62,706 bases of DNA from Myxococcota bacterium. GTDB taxonomy: Bacteria > Myxococcota_A > UBA796 > SXON01. Both the position numbers and the translations under genes were made by a program. The notes beneath the pieces were generated by a model. The model had not been told where the DNA came from and did no database searches. It was given only the letters and a program-made list of their open reading frames with translations. Location: the NCBI GenBank assembly GCA_040386535.1, contig JAZKFH010000024.1, positions 159,147 through 221,852 of the forward strand, given 5' to 3'. This document shows positions 46,102 to 55,751 of this stretch, in pieces. Every line of letters begins with the position of its first letter. Within the stretch, counting starts at the first letter, position 1.

Positions 46102-48036
46102 ATGAATTCCGAGCCGAGTCCCGCTCCGCACGAGCCCGCGCCCACGCCGTTGGAACGGTGGCTCCGACACGGCTCCGAGGGCGACCACGGCACCGAGACC
46201 TGGCCCTGGTACAAGGTGCTCTGGCTCACCGGCGTCGACTACTTCTCGACCCTCGGCTACCAGCCCGGTATCGCGCTCCTGGCGGCGGGCGCGCTCGCCC
46301 CGCTCGCGACGAGCATCCTCGTGTTGGTGACGCTCTTCGGCGCCGTGCCGATGTACCGCGAGGTCGCACGGCGGTCGTACCTCGGCCAGGGCTCGATCTC
46401 GATGCTCGAGCGGCTGCTCCCCGGGTGGCGCGGCAAGGCCTTCATCCTCGGGCTCATCGGGTTCGCGGCGACGGCGTTCATCGTGACCATGACCCTGTCC
46501 GCGGCCGACGCCGCGCTCCACGTCACCGAGAACCCGCTGGTCGAGCATTGGCTGAGCCACGCGCAGATCCCGATCACCATCGGCTTGCTAGTGATGCTCG
46601 GCGTGGTGTTCCTGCGCGGCTTCCGCGAGGCCATCGGGGCGGCCGGGCTGATCGCGGTCCCCTACCTGCTGCTCAACGTCGTCGTCATCGTGCGCGGCCT
46701 CTACGAGGTGGCGCAGCACCCGGAGTACCTCTCCAACTGGCAGGCCGCGCTGTCCCTGAAGGGGGATCCCGCCGCGCTCGCGCTCCTCGCGCTGCTCACC
46801 TTCCCCAAGCTCGCCCTCGGCCTCTCCGGCTTCGAGACCGGCGTGACCGTCATGCCGCTCGTGCGCGGGAGCCCGACGGACTCCACCACCGGGCCGCCGG
46901 TGGGCCGCATCCGTGCCACCGAGAAGCTCCTGCTCACCGCCGCCGTCATCATGAGCGGCGTCCTCATCGGCTCGAGCCTCGTCACCACGCTCCTCATCCC
47001 GGAGGCCGAGTGGTCCGAGGGCGGCGAGGCCGCCGGCCGTGCGCTCGCGTGGGTGGCCCACCACTACCTGGGCTCCGTGTTCGGCACGATCTACGACATC
47101 TCGACCATCCTCATCCTCTGGTTCGCCGGGGCGTCCGCGATGGCGGCGCTGCTCAACATCATCCCCAAGTACCTGCCCCGGTTCGGGATGGCGCCCCAGT
47201 GGGTCGGGTTCGTCCGCCCCCTCATCCTCGTCATCACCGCGATCAACATCGTGGTCACGATCTACTTCGGCGCCGAGGTCGAGGCCCAGGCCGGCGCCTA
47301 CGCCACCGGGGTGCTCGCGCTGTTCTTGTCGGCGGCCATCGCCGTGACCCTCGCGGTCCGCGCGGAGGCCAAGGCCGAACGCAAGCCGCAGTGGGTCGCC
47401 GTTCCGTTCGCCCTCATCACGCTCGTGTTCGCCTTCGCGTTCTTCGACAACGTCTACGAGCGGCCCGACGGCATCGTCATCGCGTCGGTGTTCATCCTCT
47501 CCATCCTCGTGCTCGGCGCGATGTCCCGCTACTGGCGGGCCACCGAGTTTCGCGTGGAGCGGCTCGAGTTCGCCAACGCCGAGTCGCAGAAGTTGTGGGA
47601 GGAGATGCGGCCCCGCAAGGTGCACTTCGTCACGGTGAAGCACGCGGACACGGCTTTTTCGAAGGTCAAGGCGCGCATCAAGAAGCACTACGCGGTGAGC
47701 GGGCCGATGGCGTTCCTCCACGTGGAGCTCGCGCGCGATCGCAGCGAGTTCGACAGCGCGCTCTCGCTCCGCGTGCAGCGCCTCGGTGACGACTACCGCA
47801 TCACGGTGAACAACGCGGTCGCGGTGGCGAACACCGTGGCGTTCATCAGCGAGCAGCTCGATCCCATCAGCATCTTCCTCGGGCTGACGCGCGAGAACCC
47901 GATGACCCAGGCGTTCCGCTACCTCATCTGGGGCGAGGGCGAGACCGGCATCCTCGTGTACCAGATCCTGCTGCGGTACTGGAACCGGACGCACGAGGAC
48001 GATGTGCGGCCGAACATCTTCTTGATGAGCGACTGA
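46102..48036 (+). CDS. APC-superfamily amino acid transporter
   Basis: [34 protein letters not shown]; many TM helices plus cytoplasmic C-terminal domain. Confidence 0.9.
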   Translation: MNSEPSPAPHEPAPTPLERWLRHGSEGDHGTETWPWYKVLWLTGVDYFSTLGYQPGIALLAAGALAPLATSILVLVTLFGAVPMYREVARRSYLGQGSISMLERLLPGWRGKAFILGLIGFAATAFIVTMTLSAADAALHVTENPLVEHWLSHAQIPITIGLLVMLGVVFLRGFREAIGAAGLIAVPYLLLNVVVIVRGLYEVAQHPEYLSNWQAALSLKGDPAALALLALLTFPKLALGLSGFETGVTVMPLVRGSPTDSTTGPPVGRIRATEKLLLTAAVIMSGVLIGSSLVTTLLIPEAEWSEGGEAAGRALAWVAHHYLGSVFGTIYDISTILILWFAGASAMAALLNIIPKYLPRFGMAPQWVGFVRPLILVITAINIVVTIYFGAEVEAQAGAYATGVLALFLSAAIAVTLAVRAEAKAERKPQWVAVPFALITLVFAFAFFDNVYERPDGIVIASVFILSILVLGAMSRYWRATEFRVERLEFANAESQKLWEEMRPRKVHFVTVKHADTAFSKVKARIKKHYAVSGPMAFLHVELARDRSEFDSALSLRVQRLGDDYRITVNNAVAVANTVAFISEQLDPISIFLGLTRENPMTQAFRYLIWGEGETGILVYQILLRYWNRTHEDDVRPNIFLMSD

Positions 48037-48040
48037 TCCG

Positions 48041-48412
48041 CTACCGCAACGTCCGCCCGTGCGCCCGCAGCTCCGAGAACACCCGCCCCTCGATCGCCGC
48101 GAGGTCGCCGGCGGAGTAGCCGAGGCGCGAGGCGAGAAAGCCGATGACGCGGGCTTCCTCGAGGCCATAGCGGCCGTCGGAGACGGCGACGGTGAGCGCG
48201 GCGGTCAGGAACAGGTCGGCGTGGGACCAGAGCTCGTCGAAGGGGGCGGGGTCGATGTCGGGGGGGACGAGGCGGTCGAACAGGCCGGCGAGCAGGGCCT
48301 GCTCGACGTCGGGGAGGCCGCTGGCGCCCGCGACCTCGGACAGGCCGCGGCGGAAGGCGGCGAGCACCTCGGGGGACATGCCCGCGTCCTCGATGCGCTC
48401 GTACAGCCGCAT
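48041..48412 (-). CDS. Small TerB-like protein
   Basis: ATG 48412; VAVSDG.Y..EE..VI...A.RLG pattern; TGATG coupling to the radical SAM gene. Confidence 0.7.
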   Translation of the reverse strand: MRLYERIEDAGMSPEVLAAFRRGLSEVAGASGLPDVEQALLAGLFDRLVPPDIDPAPFDELWSHADLFLTAALTVAVSDGRYGLEEARVIGFLASRLGYSAGDLAAIEGRVFSELRAHGRTLR

Positions 48413-49866
48413 CAGAAGCCCATCTCCTCGGGGCGGCGGTAGCCCCAGGCGCGCTGCAGGAAGCGCAGCTCGTACGGGGCCTTGTACCACCCGAGACGCC
48501 ACCGGGCCTCGGAAAGCGCGCGCAGGGCCCGGCGTTGCCAGGGGCCGATGCGCAGATCACTGACCGTCGGGTAGCGGGCGTGGAGCACGGTCTCGAAATC
48601 ATACACGGAGTCGACCAGCTCGGGCCGCATCCACGGGGTGCGCGGGTTGCGACGGCGGTCGTAGGCGGCCCACTCGGGCGAGAGCCAGGCGTCCAGCGTC
48701 TCCGGCAGGGAGAAGCCCAGCTTCTGCGCCTCGTCGTACATGCCCGGGAGCGGCACGGGCGTGTAGAGGTAGAGGATGATCTCGCAGTCGGGGTTGTCGC
48801 GCTTGAGGTCACGCACGAGCGCGAGGCTGCGCGACACGTCGCGCTCCGGATCGCCCGGGTTGGCGAGGACGAAGGAGAATTCCGGACGGATGCCGTGGCG
48901 GCGGGCGAGGCGGTTGAGCGCGCGCGTGTCGGCCACGGTGAGGCCGCCCTTGTCCATCTGATCGATGGCGTCCTGATCGCCGCTCTCCGCGCCGAAGAAC
49001 ACCATGCGCAGGCCCGATCGCGCCATCGCCTCCCACGTGGCGCCCGAGAACCCGAGCATCGTGTCGATGCGGCCCTCGCCCCACCAGGACACGCCCAGAT
49101 CCGTGATGCCGCGGCTCACCTCGGCGACCCGCTTCTCCCACGCGAAGAAGTTGTTGTCGTGGAACTCGATCGCGTCGGCGCGGTACTCGGTGGCGAGGCG
49201 GCGCACGATGCGCACGACGTGGTCCGCCGGGTCGGGGATCCACTTCCCCTCGAACATGTTCACGACCGCGCAGAAGTTGCAGAAGTACGGGCAGCCCGCG
49301 CTCGCGTGGTGGTTGAACGTGCGGTTGCCGAGGAACGTGCGGGCGGCGTACCGCTCCATGTCCAGCCGCTCGTAGGGCGGGTCGGGGAAGTCGGCGGGGC
49401 GAACCGAAGCGCGGGTCGGGCCCTTCACGAGCGCGCCGTCCCGCCACGCCGCTACCCCCGGCACGGCCGCGGGGTCGGCGCCGGCCTCGAGCGCGTCGAG
49501 CAGCTCGGGCAGCGTGCGTTCGCCCTGGCCCATCACGACGAGGTCCACGCCGGCGTCCCGCGCGGCGGCGTCGGGGTACACGGTGGGGAAGTAGCCGCCC
49601 CAAACGATGGTGAGCGCGGGGTGGCGCGCCTTGAGCGCGCGACACAACGGCGTCGCGACGGCGAGCTGCGGCCCCGGCATGACCGTGACGAGCAGCACGG
49701 TGCCGGGCCGCGCGCACAGGGCGTACAGGCGGGCCTCGGCGTCGGGCTCGACGTTGCCGTCCACCAGGGCCCACTCGCAGCGGAGCACGCGCGCGAGCAT
49801 CAGGACGGAGAGAGGCAGGCGGCGATGCGCCTTCTGGGCGCGCGGGTTGAACAGGACGACGTTCAT
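48412..49866 (-). CDS. B12-binding domain radical SAM protein
   Basis: ATG 49866 (MNVVLFNP), LPLSVL, WGGYFPT, GQGE, GCPYFCNFC, FGAESG, YTPVP. Confidence 0.92.
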   Translation of the reverse strand: MNVVLFNPRAQKAHRRLPLSVLMLARVLRCEWALVDGNVEPDAEARLYALCARPGTVLLVTVMPGPQLAVATPLCRALKARHPALTIVWGGYFPTVYPDAAARDAGVDLVVMGQGERTLPELLDALEAGADPAAVPGVAAWRDGALVKGPTRASVRPADFPDPPYERLDMERYAARTFLGNRTFNHHASAGCPYFCNFCAVVNMFEGKWIPDPADHVVRIVRRLATEYRADAIEFHDNNFFAWEKRVAEVSRGITDLGVSWWGEGRIDTMLGFSGATWEAMARSGLRMVFFGAESGDQDAIDQMDKGGLTVADTRALNRLARRHGIRPEFSFVLANPGDPERDVSRSLALVRDLKRDNPDCEIILYLYTPVPLPGMYDEAQKLGFSLPETLDAWLSPEWAAYDRRRNPRTPWMRPELVDSVYDFETVLHARYPTVSDLRIGPWQRRALRALSEARWRLGWYKAPYELRFLQRAWGYRRPEEMGF

Positions 49867-50630
49867 GCGTGAGGACCGGGGCGCGCGCCGAAGGGGCGGC
49901 GGCGCAGCACGAGGAGGGAGTGATCGCCGAGGTCGCGGAGGAGCGGCCACCCAGCGACCCAGGGCTCCACCCGCGTGCGACGGCCGGGGCGCCCGCCGAG
50001 GTCCGGCGGCGGCACGAGGGCGCCGAGGGCCTCGCGATGGACCACGTCGAAGGTGGGGAGCGCGCGCACGACATCGGCGCCCGCGAGGTAGCGCAGCGCG
50101 ACGGCGTGCCCGGCCACGTCGACGGTGGGCACGTGGCGGCGGGGACGCCGGCCGCGGGCGAGGAGCGCGAGGTCCTCCGCGGGGCACCAGCGGTTGATCA
50201 CGACGAGCACCGCGTGGGCGCCGGGCCGCAGCAGCGCGGCGAGCGAGCGGCCGAAGCCGGAGAGGTCCGCGAGGCAGTTGATCGCGCCGAAGTTGGAGAG
50301 CGCACCGTCGAACGGGGCCTCGGCGAGCAGCGGGTCGAGCGCATCGAGGTCTCCTTGCCGCACGTCCGCCGCGCGGCGACGCGCTTCGGCGACCATGCCC
50401 GGCGAAGCATCGACCGCCACGACGGCATGCCCGAGGGCTTCTAGCACCGCCGCGTCGAGTCCCGCGCCACACCCGAGATCGAGAATTCGGCCGCGGTCGG
50501 GAAAGAACCGCGCACACGCCGCGATCACACGCCCGCGTAAGAGACGCGCCAGCGGATTGCTGCCCCAGGTCGCGACGTAGTCGCCGGCGTGGCGGTCAAA
50601 GGCATGCAAAGTCTCCGACGGGACGGGCAT
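49863..50630 (-). CDS. Class I SAM-dependent methyltransferase
   Basis: ATG 50630; ILDLGCGAG, VDASPGM, FDGALSNFGAINC, LRPG. Confidence 0.9.
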   Translation of the reverse strand: MPVPSETLHAFDRHAGDYVATWGSNPLARLLRGRVIAACARFFPDRGRILDLGCGAGLDAAVLEALGHAVVAVDASPGMVAEARRRAADVRQGDLDALDPLLAEAPFDGALSNFGAINCLADLSGFGRSLAALLRPGAHAVLVVINRWCPAEDLALLARGRRPRRHVPTVDVAGHAVALRYLAGADVVRALPTFDVVHREALGALVPPPDLGGRPGRRTRVEPWVAGWPLLRDLGDHSLLVLRRRPFGARPGPHA

Positions 50631-50647
50631 GGGCTGGCAACCTTTCA

Positions 50648-50677
50648 TTGACACTATCGGACATCGCTCCGTACCAT
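50648..50677 (+). promoter_or_regulatory. Sigma70-type promoter TTGACA-N18-TACCAT
   Basis: Perfect -35 at 50648-50653 and -10 at 50672-50677; GGAG then ATG 50703 downstream. Confidence 0.7.
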
Positions 50678-50702
50678 GGTGCCCCCCGTACCGGAGCCCT
50701 CC

Positions 50703-53700
50703 ATGTCGTCGATGCTGCGCACCTCCCGTCTGCTCGCCCGCCTCGCGCTGGGGGGGCTCCTCGTGGGGTCCGCGGCCCTCGCGCCCGAGGTGGCCTGGGC
50801 CCAGGCGGCGCCGGGGGCGACGTTCGAGGGCACGTCGGGCCTCATCGAGCTGGTCGCCCCCACCGGCCTCGTGGGAGACGGCGCTACCGCCGCCGACCTC
50901 TATGTGCTTGCGCTCTCCCCCGCGGGCGCCCCGATCACGGGCATCAAGGGCAAGCCGACAGCCACGGCCGGCGCCACGACCGATCTGGTCGAGGTGGGCG
51001 GTGGCCTGTACCGGTTCACGTTCACCCCCGCGAAGACCGACAGCGTCGCCACCGTGACCGTGTCGCTCAAGAGCAAGCTCCCGTCCAAGGAGGCCTTCGC
51101 GCGCAGCTGGTCGTTCACCGTGGCGCCCCCGCGCAGCCAGCGCCTGACCGTCGCGACCAACCCGCAGCAGCTGGTGCTCACCCAGGATCTGACCGCCTCG
51201 GTGGCGTTCAACCTCGCGGGCGGAGACCGCCAGAACCTCACCGGTGTCGACCTCGCGGTGCGCCCCTCCGCCGGCTCGGTCGAGAACCTCATCTCGCTCG
51301 GTGGCGGCCAGTTCAGCGCGCTCTACACCGCCCCCCCGGTGAAGTACCCGCACCTCGCGCTGCTCACCGTGGTCGACCGCCGGGATCCCTCCCGCGCCTA
51401 CGCCGGCATCGCGGTGCCGCTCGTCGGCAAGGCCGACTACCCGGTGACCGTCGCCGTTCCCGGCAGCAGCGTCATGTTGAAGGTCGGCGGCCGCGAGTTC
51501 GGCCCCATCCCGTCGGACGCGATGGGCCGCGCCACCGTCCCCATCATCGTGCCGCCGGGCGCGAGCAACGCCACGAAGCGCACGATCACCCCCGACGGGA
51601 AGGTCTCCGAGGAGCCCCTCGACCTGAAGATCCCCGAGGCCCGCCGCATCGCCCTGTTCCCGGCCGCGGCGGCGATCCCGTCCGACGGCCGCCTCCAGGT
51701 GCCCGTGCGCGCCATGGTCGTCACCGCTGACGGCAAGCCCGACGAGGGCGCCTCCGTCGTCTTCTCGACCACCGCCGGCATCGTGAGCACCGCCCGCCAC
51801 GAGGGCGGCGGCATCTACGTCGCGACCTACACGCCGCCCTTCGGCAACACGGCCAGCCAGGCCACCCTCGCCGTCAACCTCGCGGACAAGCCGGCCCTCC
51901 AGGCCGACTCGCTCACGATCAACCTGGTCGCCACCCGCCCCACCAGCGTGGTGCTCACCACCGAGCCCTCCTCGCTCCCCACCGGGGCCGAAGGCTTCAA
52001 GGTGTTCGCCAAGGTCACCGGGCCCGACGGCGCCGGCCTCGGCAGCCGTTCGGTCAACTTCACCGCCAATGGCGCGCGGCTGAAGGACGGCGTGAAGGAC
52101 CTCCGCAACGGCGACTACCAGGCGGTCTTCTCCACCACCGGCAACGGGCCGGTCGAGCTCTCCGCGAACGTGTCGTCCGCCAAGACGGGCAACCCCCTCG
52201 CCCGCGTCCTGCTCCTCCCCGCGCGCGAGCGGCTCCCCGGGGACGGCGTCTCCAGCGCGATGGTCACCGTCGCGACGGTCGACGAGTTCGGCTACCCCGT
52301 CCCCAACCAGGCGGTCACGATCAAGGTCGCCCAGGGCGACGGCACGATGCCCGCGCAGGCGACCACGAACGAGGACGGCATCGCCCAGGTGTTCTACACC
52401 GCGGGCCGCAAGAACGGCGTCGTCTCCATCACGGCCACCGTCGGCGATCTCGCCGCGGCGACCACGCTGGTCCAGGCGCCCACCACGCTCGTCCTCCCCG
52501 ACCTGCCCGTGTCCGCCTCCAAGCAGGTCGCGGCGCTCGCCGGCGAGTGGCAGGGCAGCCTCGTGACCGTGCGCCTCGAGCGGGAGGGCATGGCCGCGGC
52601 GGTGCTCGTGCCGACCGGCGCCGTCACCGCGACCTCGGGCGGCGGCGCCCCCGCCAAGATGGGCCTCCTCTCCGACCCGGCGACCGTCAGCGCGGGCGGC
52701 ACCGTCATCCTCAAGGTGTCCGTGCTCGACGCGAACGGGCGTGGCGTGGGTGGCCAGCAGCTCGACTTCCTCACGTCCACCGGCACCGTCGGCGCGGTGT
52801 CCGACCTCGGCGGCGGCGCCTACCAGGCCACGTTGAGCGTGCCCGCGGGCACCACCGGCGAGGTCAAGGTCTCCGCCGCGACGCGCGACGGCTCGACCTC
52901 GACGTTCATGCGCCTGCCGGTCGGCGGCGCCGACGCCGCCTGGGGCACCAACCCCTTCGCGACCACGCCGGTCGACCCCTACGCGACCAAGCAGCCCGTC
53001 GCGACCACGCCTCCGCCCGCCACGACCACCGCCCCGATGTTGACCCCCCCGGCAACCACCACGACCGGCGCGGGCACCTCCACCACGACCGTCACCAAGG
53101 TCCCGGTCACCAGCGAGCGGCCGTGGCTGCGCATCCGCGCCGGCTACAGCTACGCCAGCTACTCCTACGAGCAGCTCAAGCTCACGAAGGCCACGGTGCT
53201 CTTCCCCGAGAACATCGGGCTGGGCGCGGGCGCGCAGGGCTTCCAGGTGGCGGGCCGCATGTGGGTGCCCACCTTCCCGTACCTGGGCGCGAACGTCGAA
53301 ATCCGCGCCGGCCGCTACACGCTCGATCCCGCCCCGCTCTGCGCCGAGCTCGAGCGCCCCTGCGCCGACGCCGAGCCCGTGGGTGACTGGCTGGTCGACG
53401 CCAAGGTCCTGGTCGACGGCCGCTACCCGTTCGACGTGGGCGCGAGCCAGTTCTGGATCGGCGCCCAGGTCGGCTGGTCGCAGAGCGACGTGCAAGCCTA
53501 CAAGGTCGTCGACAACTCGATCGAGCTCGACCAGATCTCGATCAGCTCGCTCGCGATCGGCCCCGAGGTGGGCGTCGAGGTCGGCAAAAACCTGTTCTTC
53601 CACACCTACTTCCTCGAGCACCTCGCCGGCTTCACCACGCCCTACAACACCCAGTTCGGCGTGGACGGCGGATACGCCTTCGGCGACGGCAGCGGCATGG

Positions 53701-53831
53701 CGCCGTACATCTCCGCGGCCTACGACTTCTCAGCCCGCAAGGTGTCGGTCGAGAACGCGGGCGGGGAGCCCGTCGGCGAGATCTCGGACGCGCAGCACGC
53801 CATCACCGTGTCGGTGGGCATCCAGCTCTAG
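50703..53831 (+). CDS. Large exported protein with repeated bacterial Ig-like (Big-1/invasin-type) domains and probable C-terminal beta-barrel
   Basis: Signal peptide ending AWA; repeated G.V......GGG.Y.ATY/L motifs; VDEFGYPVPN; Thr/Pro linker; amphipathic C-terminal strands ending VSVGIQL. Confidence 0.85.
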   Translation: MSSMLRTSRLLARLALGGLLVGSAALAPEVAWAQAAPGATFEGTSGLIELVAPTGLVGDGATAADLYVLALSPAGAPITGIKGKPTATAGATTDLVEVGGGLYRFTFTPAKTDSVATVTVSLKSKLPSKEAFARSWSFTVAPPRSQRLTVATNPQQLVLTQDLTASVAFNLAGGDRQNLTGVDLAVRPSAGSVENLISLGGGQFSALYTAPPVKYPHLALLTVVDRRDPSRAYAGIAVPLVGKADYPVTVAVPGSSVMLKVGGREFGPIPSDAMGRATVPIIVPPGASNATKRTITPDGKVSEEPLDLKIPEARRIALFPAAAAIPSDGRLQVPVRAMVVTADGKPDEGASVVFSTTAGIVSTARHEGGGIYVATYTPPFGNTASQATLAVNLADKPALQADSLTINLVATRPTSVVLTTEPSSLPTGAEGFKVFAKVTGPDGAGLGSRSVNFTANGARLKDGVKDLRNGDYQAVFSTTGNGPVELSANVSSAKTGNPLARVLLLPARERLPGDGVSSAMVTVATVDEFGYPVPNQAVTIKVAQGDGTMPAQATTNEDGIAQVFYTAGRKNGVVSITATVGDLAAATTLVQAPTTLVLPDLPVSASKQVAALAGEWQGSLVTVRLEREGMAAAVLVPTGAVTATSGGGAPAKMGLLSDPATVSAGGTVILKVSVLDANGRGVGGQQLDFLTSTGTVGAVSDLGGGAYQATLSVPAGTTGEVKVSAATRDGSTSTFMRLPVGGADAAWGTNPFATTPVDPYATKQPVATTPPPATTTAPMLTPPATTTTGAGTSTTTVTKVPVTSERPWLRIRAGYSYASYSYEQLKLTKATVLFPENIGLGAGAQGFQVAGRMWVPTFPYLGANVEIRAGRYTLDPAPLCAELERPCADAEPVGDWLVDAKVLVDGRYPFDVGASQFWIGAQVGWSQSDVQAYKVVDNSIELDQISISSLAIGPEVGVEVGKNLFFHTYFLEHLAGFTTPYNTQFGVDGGYAFGDGSGMAPYISAAYDFSARKVSVENAGGEPVGEISDAQHAITVSVGIQL

Positions 53832-53888
53832 GCGGATCGGGCACGTACGGCGGGGGGTGGTCCGGTCTGGGCCGCCCCTCTCGGCGTT

Positions 53889-54653
53889 TTACGGCGCCTG
53901 CTCCGCCGACGACGCCGCGGGCGCGAGGCCCTCGGCCGCGGTCGCCCCGGCGCTGCTCGGCACGGCGAGCGGCTCGACGCGGAGCCAGTGGCCGCGCCAG
54001 GTCTCGTCCGCGGCGCGCACCAGGAAGCCCTCGTACCACTCGACGATCGCGTAATCGCCGGCGGGCAGGTCGAGCACCACCCAGTCGCGACCGGGGCTGC
54101 GCGGCGTGGTGGTGATCGTGTCGATCCGGGCGGCGTCGAAGGTCCAGGTCTCGGTGCCGGCCCGCGCCATCCGGTAGGCGCACCGGTCCGCGTCGAGCGC
54201 GTACACCCGCCAGTCGACGGTGTGGTTGTCGAGCAGGCGCACCGGGCCGGGCGGGACCACGACGGGCTCCCCCACGCGGCTGTCCATGCACCAGCGCTGG
54301 TCGTTCGCGCTCGCGATGCGCAGGAGCGGCGCGGCGGGCAGGCGATCGAGGCTGCCGTCCCCCGCGAGCCACAGGCCGTCCCCCAACGGGATCGCGGCGA
54401 GCTCGACCGAGCCCACGTCGTGCTCGCCCGTGCCCTCGGCGTGGACGAGCCAGGTACGGTCGAGGTGATCGGGGTGGGTCACCGCGAAGCTGCGCGTGCC
54501 GTCCTCACAGCCGACACGGAAACGCCCGTCGGCGCCGGTGACCGCTTCGCAGCCCGGCGACGTCAACACCGCCCCGGGCACGGCCGCGCCGCCGGCGGTG
54601 CGGACCTCCCCCGTGAGCGTCGTCTGGCAGGCGACGAGCAGGAACAGCAGCAG
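53889..54653 (-). CDS. Lipoprotein with carboxypeptidase-regulatory-like domain (probable CTG start)
   Basis: In-frame LLLFLLVAC upstream of the annotated GTG; AGGAG 6 nt before CTG 54653; TGADGRF motif. Confidence 0.72.
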   Translation of the reverse strand: MLLFLLVACQTTLTGEVRTAGGAAVPGAVLTSPGCEAVTGADGRFRVGCEDGTRSFAVTHPDHLDRTWLVHAEGTGEHDVGSVELAAIPLGDGLWLAGDGSLDRLPAAPLLRIASANDQRWCMDSRVGEPVVVPPGPVRLLDNHTVDWRVYALDADRCAYRMARAGTETWTFDAARIDTITTTPRSPGRDWVVLDLPAGDYAIVEWYEGFLVRAADETWRGHWLRVEPLAVPSSAGATAAEGLAPAASSAEQAP

Positions 54654-54656
54654 ACG

Positions 54657-54887
54657 CTACTCCTGGACCCAGATGTGGTCGATCTTGGTGCCCGGCACGA
54701 TCAGCGTGCACGGCTTGCCCTCGAGCGCGCGGCCCCGCTCGTCCAGGAACTTCTCGACCTTGATCGAGGCGCCGAGCGCGTTGGCCTCGCCGAGGGTGCC
54801 GTCGAGGATGGTGGCGGTCGGGGGCACGTGCTCGCTGCCCCCCTGGAGGGTGAACAACGGCTGGCGGAGGAAGATACGGACGCGCAC
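54657..54887 (-). CDS. Small hypothetical protein
   Basis: GGAG-N5-GTG (MRVRIFLRQP...KIDHIWVQE). Confidence 0.65.
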   Translation of the reverse strand: MRVRIFLRQPLFTLQGGSEHVPPTATILDGTLGEANALGASIKVEKFLDERGRALEGKPCTLIVPGTKIDHIWVQE

Positions 54888-54985
54888 GGCGGCTCCGGGG
54901 AAACGGAGCCCATAACCCCTCCTCATCATCGGCGGCCTTCCGCGGCCGACCTCGCCCGTATAGGAGGGACCGCGGAGAGCCGACG

Positions 54986-55705
54986 ATGTTCCTCATGTGG
55001 TTGGTGTTTGGCTGCAACGGCCAGGATTCCCAGGCGGAGAACGCGAAGCTGACGCAACGCGTGGCCGACCTCGAGCGCACGCGCGATCGGTTGGAGAAGG
55101 ACAACGAGGCCCTCAAGGCCCGGGTCAAGCGGGCCCAGGAAGAGGAAGACAAGGGCAAGAAGCTCGCTTCCCTCGAGAAGCTCGGGCTGAAGGACGGCCA
55201 GAAGCTGGTCGCCACCTTCCAGACCAGCATGGGCGACATCTCGTGTGTCCTCCGCCCCGAGCAGGCCCCGGAGACCGTCGCGAACTTCGTCCAGCTCGCC
55301 CGCGGCGACAAGCCGTGGACCGACCCGAAGACCCGCAAGGAGGTCACCGGCCCGCTCTACGACGGGACGACCTTCCACCGCGTCATCCCCGACTTCATGA
55401 TCCAGGGCGGCGACCCCCTCGGCAACGGCACCGGCGGCCCCGGCTACGAGTTCGCGGACGAGGTCGGCGACTTCACCGTCTTCGACAAGTCCGGCCTCCT
55501 CGCCATGGCGAACTCCGGCCCCGACACCAACGGCTCCCAGTTCTTCATCACCGAGGGCACCCCCACCCATCTGAACGGCAAACACACCATCTTCGGCGAC
55601 TGCGAAAACCTCGACCTCGTCGCCAAGATCGCCCGCGTCCCGGCCAAGCGCGACAAGCCGGACACGGACGTGGTGATCAAGAAGATCGTGATTGCGGCGC
55701 GCTAG
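54986..55705 (+). CDS. Cyclophilin-type peptidyl-prolyl isomerase, lipoprotein with coiled coil
   Basis: APETVANF, FHRVIPDFMIQGGDP, AMANSGPDTNGSQFFIT, HLNGKHTIFG. Confidence 0.95.
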   Translation: MFLMWLVFGCNGQDSQAENAKLTQRVADLERTRDRLEKDNEALKARVKRAQEEEDKGKKLASLEKLGLKDGQKLVATFQTSMGDISCVLRPEQAPETVANFVQLARGDKPWTDPKTRKEVTGPLYDGTTFHRVIPDFMIQGGDPLGNGTGGPGYEFADEVGDFTVFDKSGLLAMANSGPDTNGSQFFITEGTPTHLNGKHTIFGDCENLDLVAKIARVPAKRDKPDTDVVIKKIVIAAR

Positions 55706-55751
55706 CACGGCGGGGGCCCCGGCTGATGTACAGTGCAGCCCGGAGGCCCCG

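Noticed and set aside
54657..54659. Pyrrolysine or amber read-through fusion
   Set aside because: No pyl genes seen, TAG ends many ordinary genes here, and an SD-preceded CTG start explains the frame continuity.
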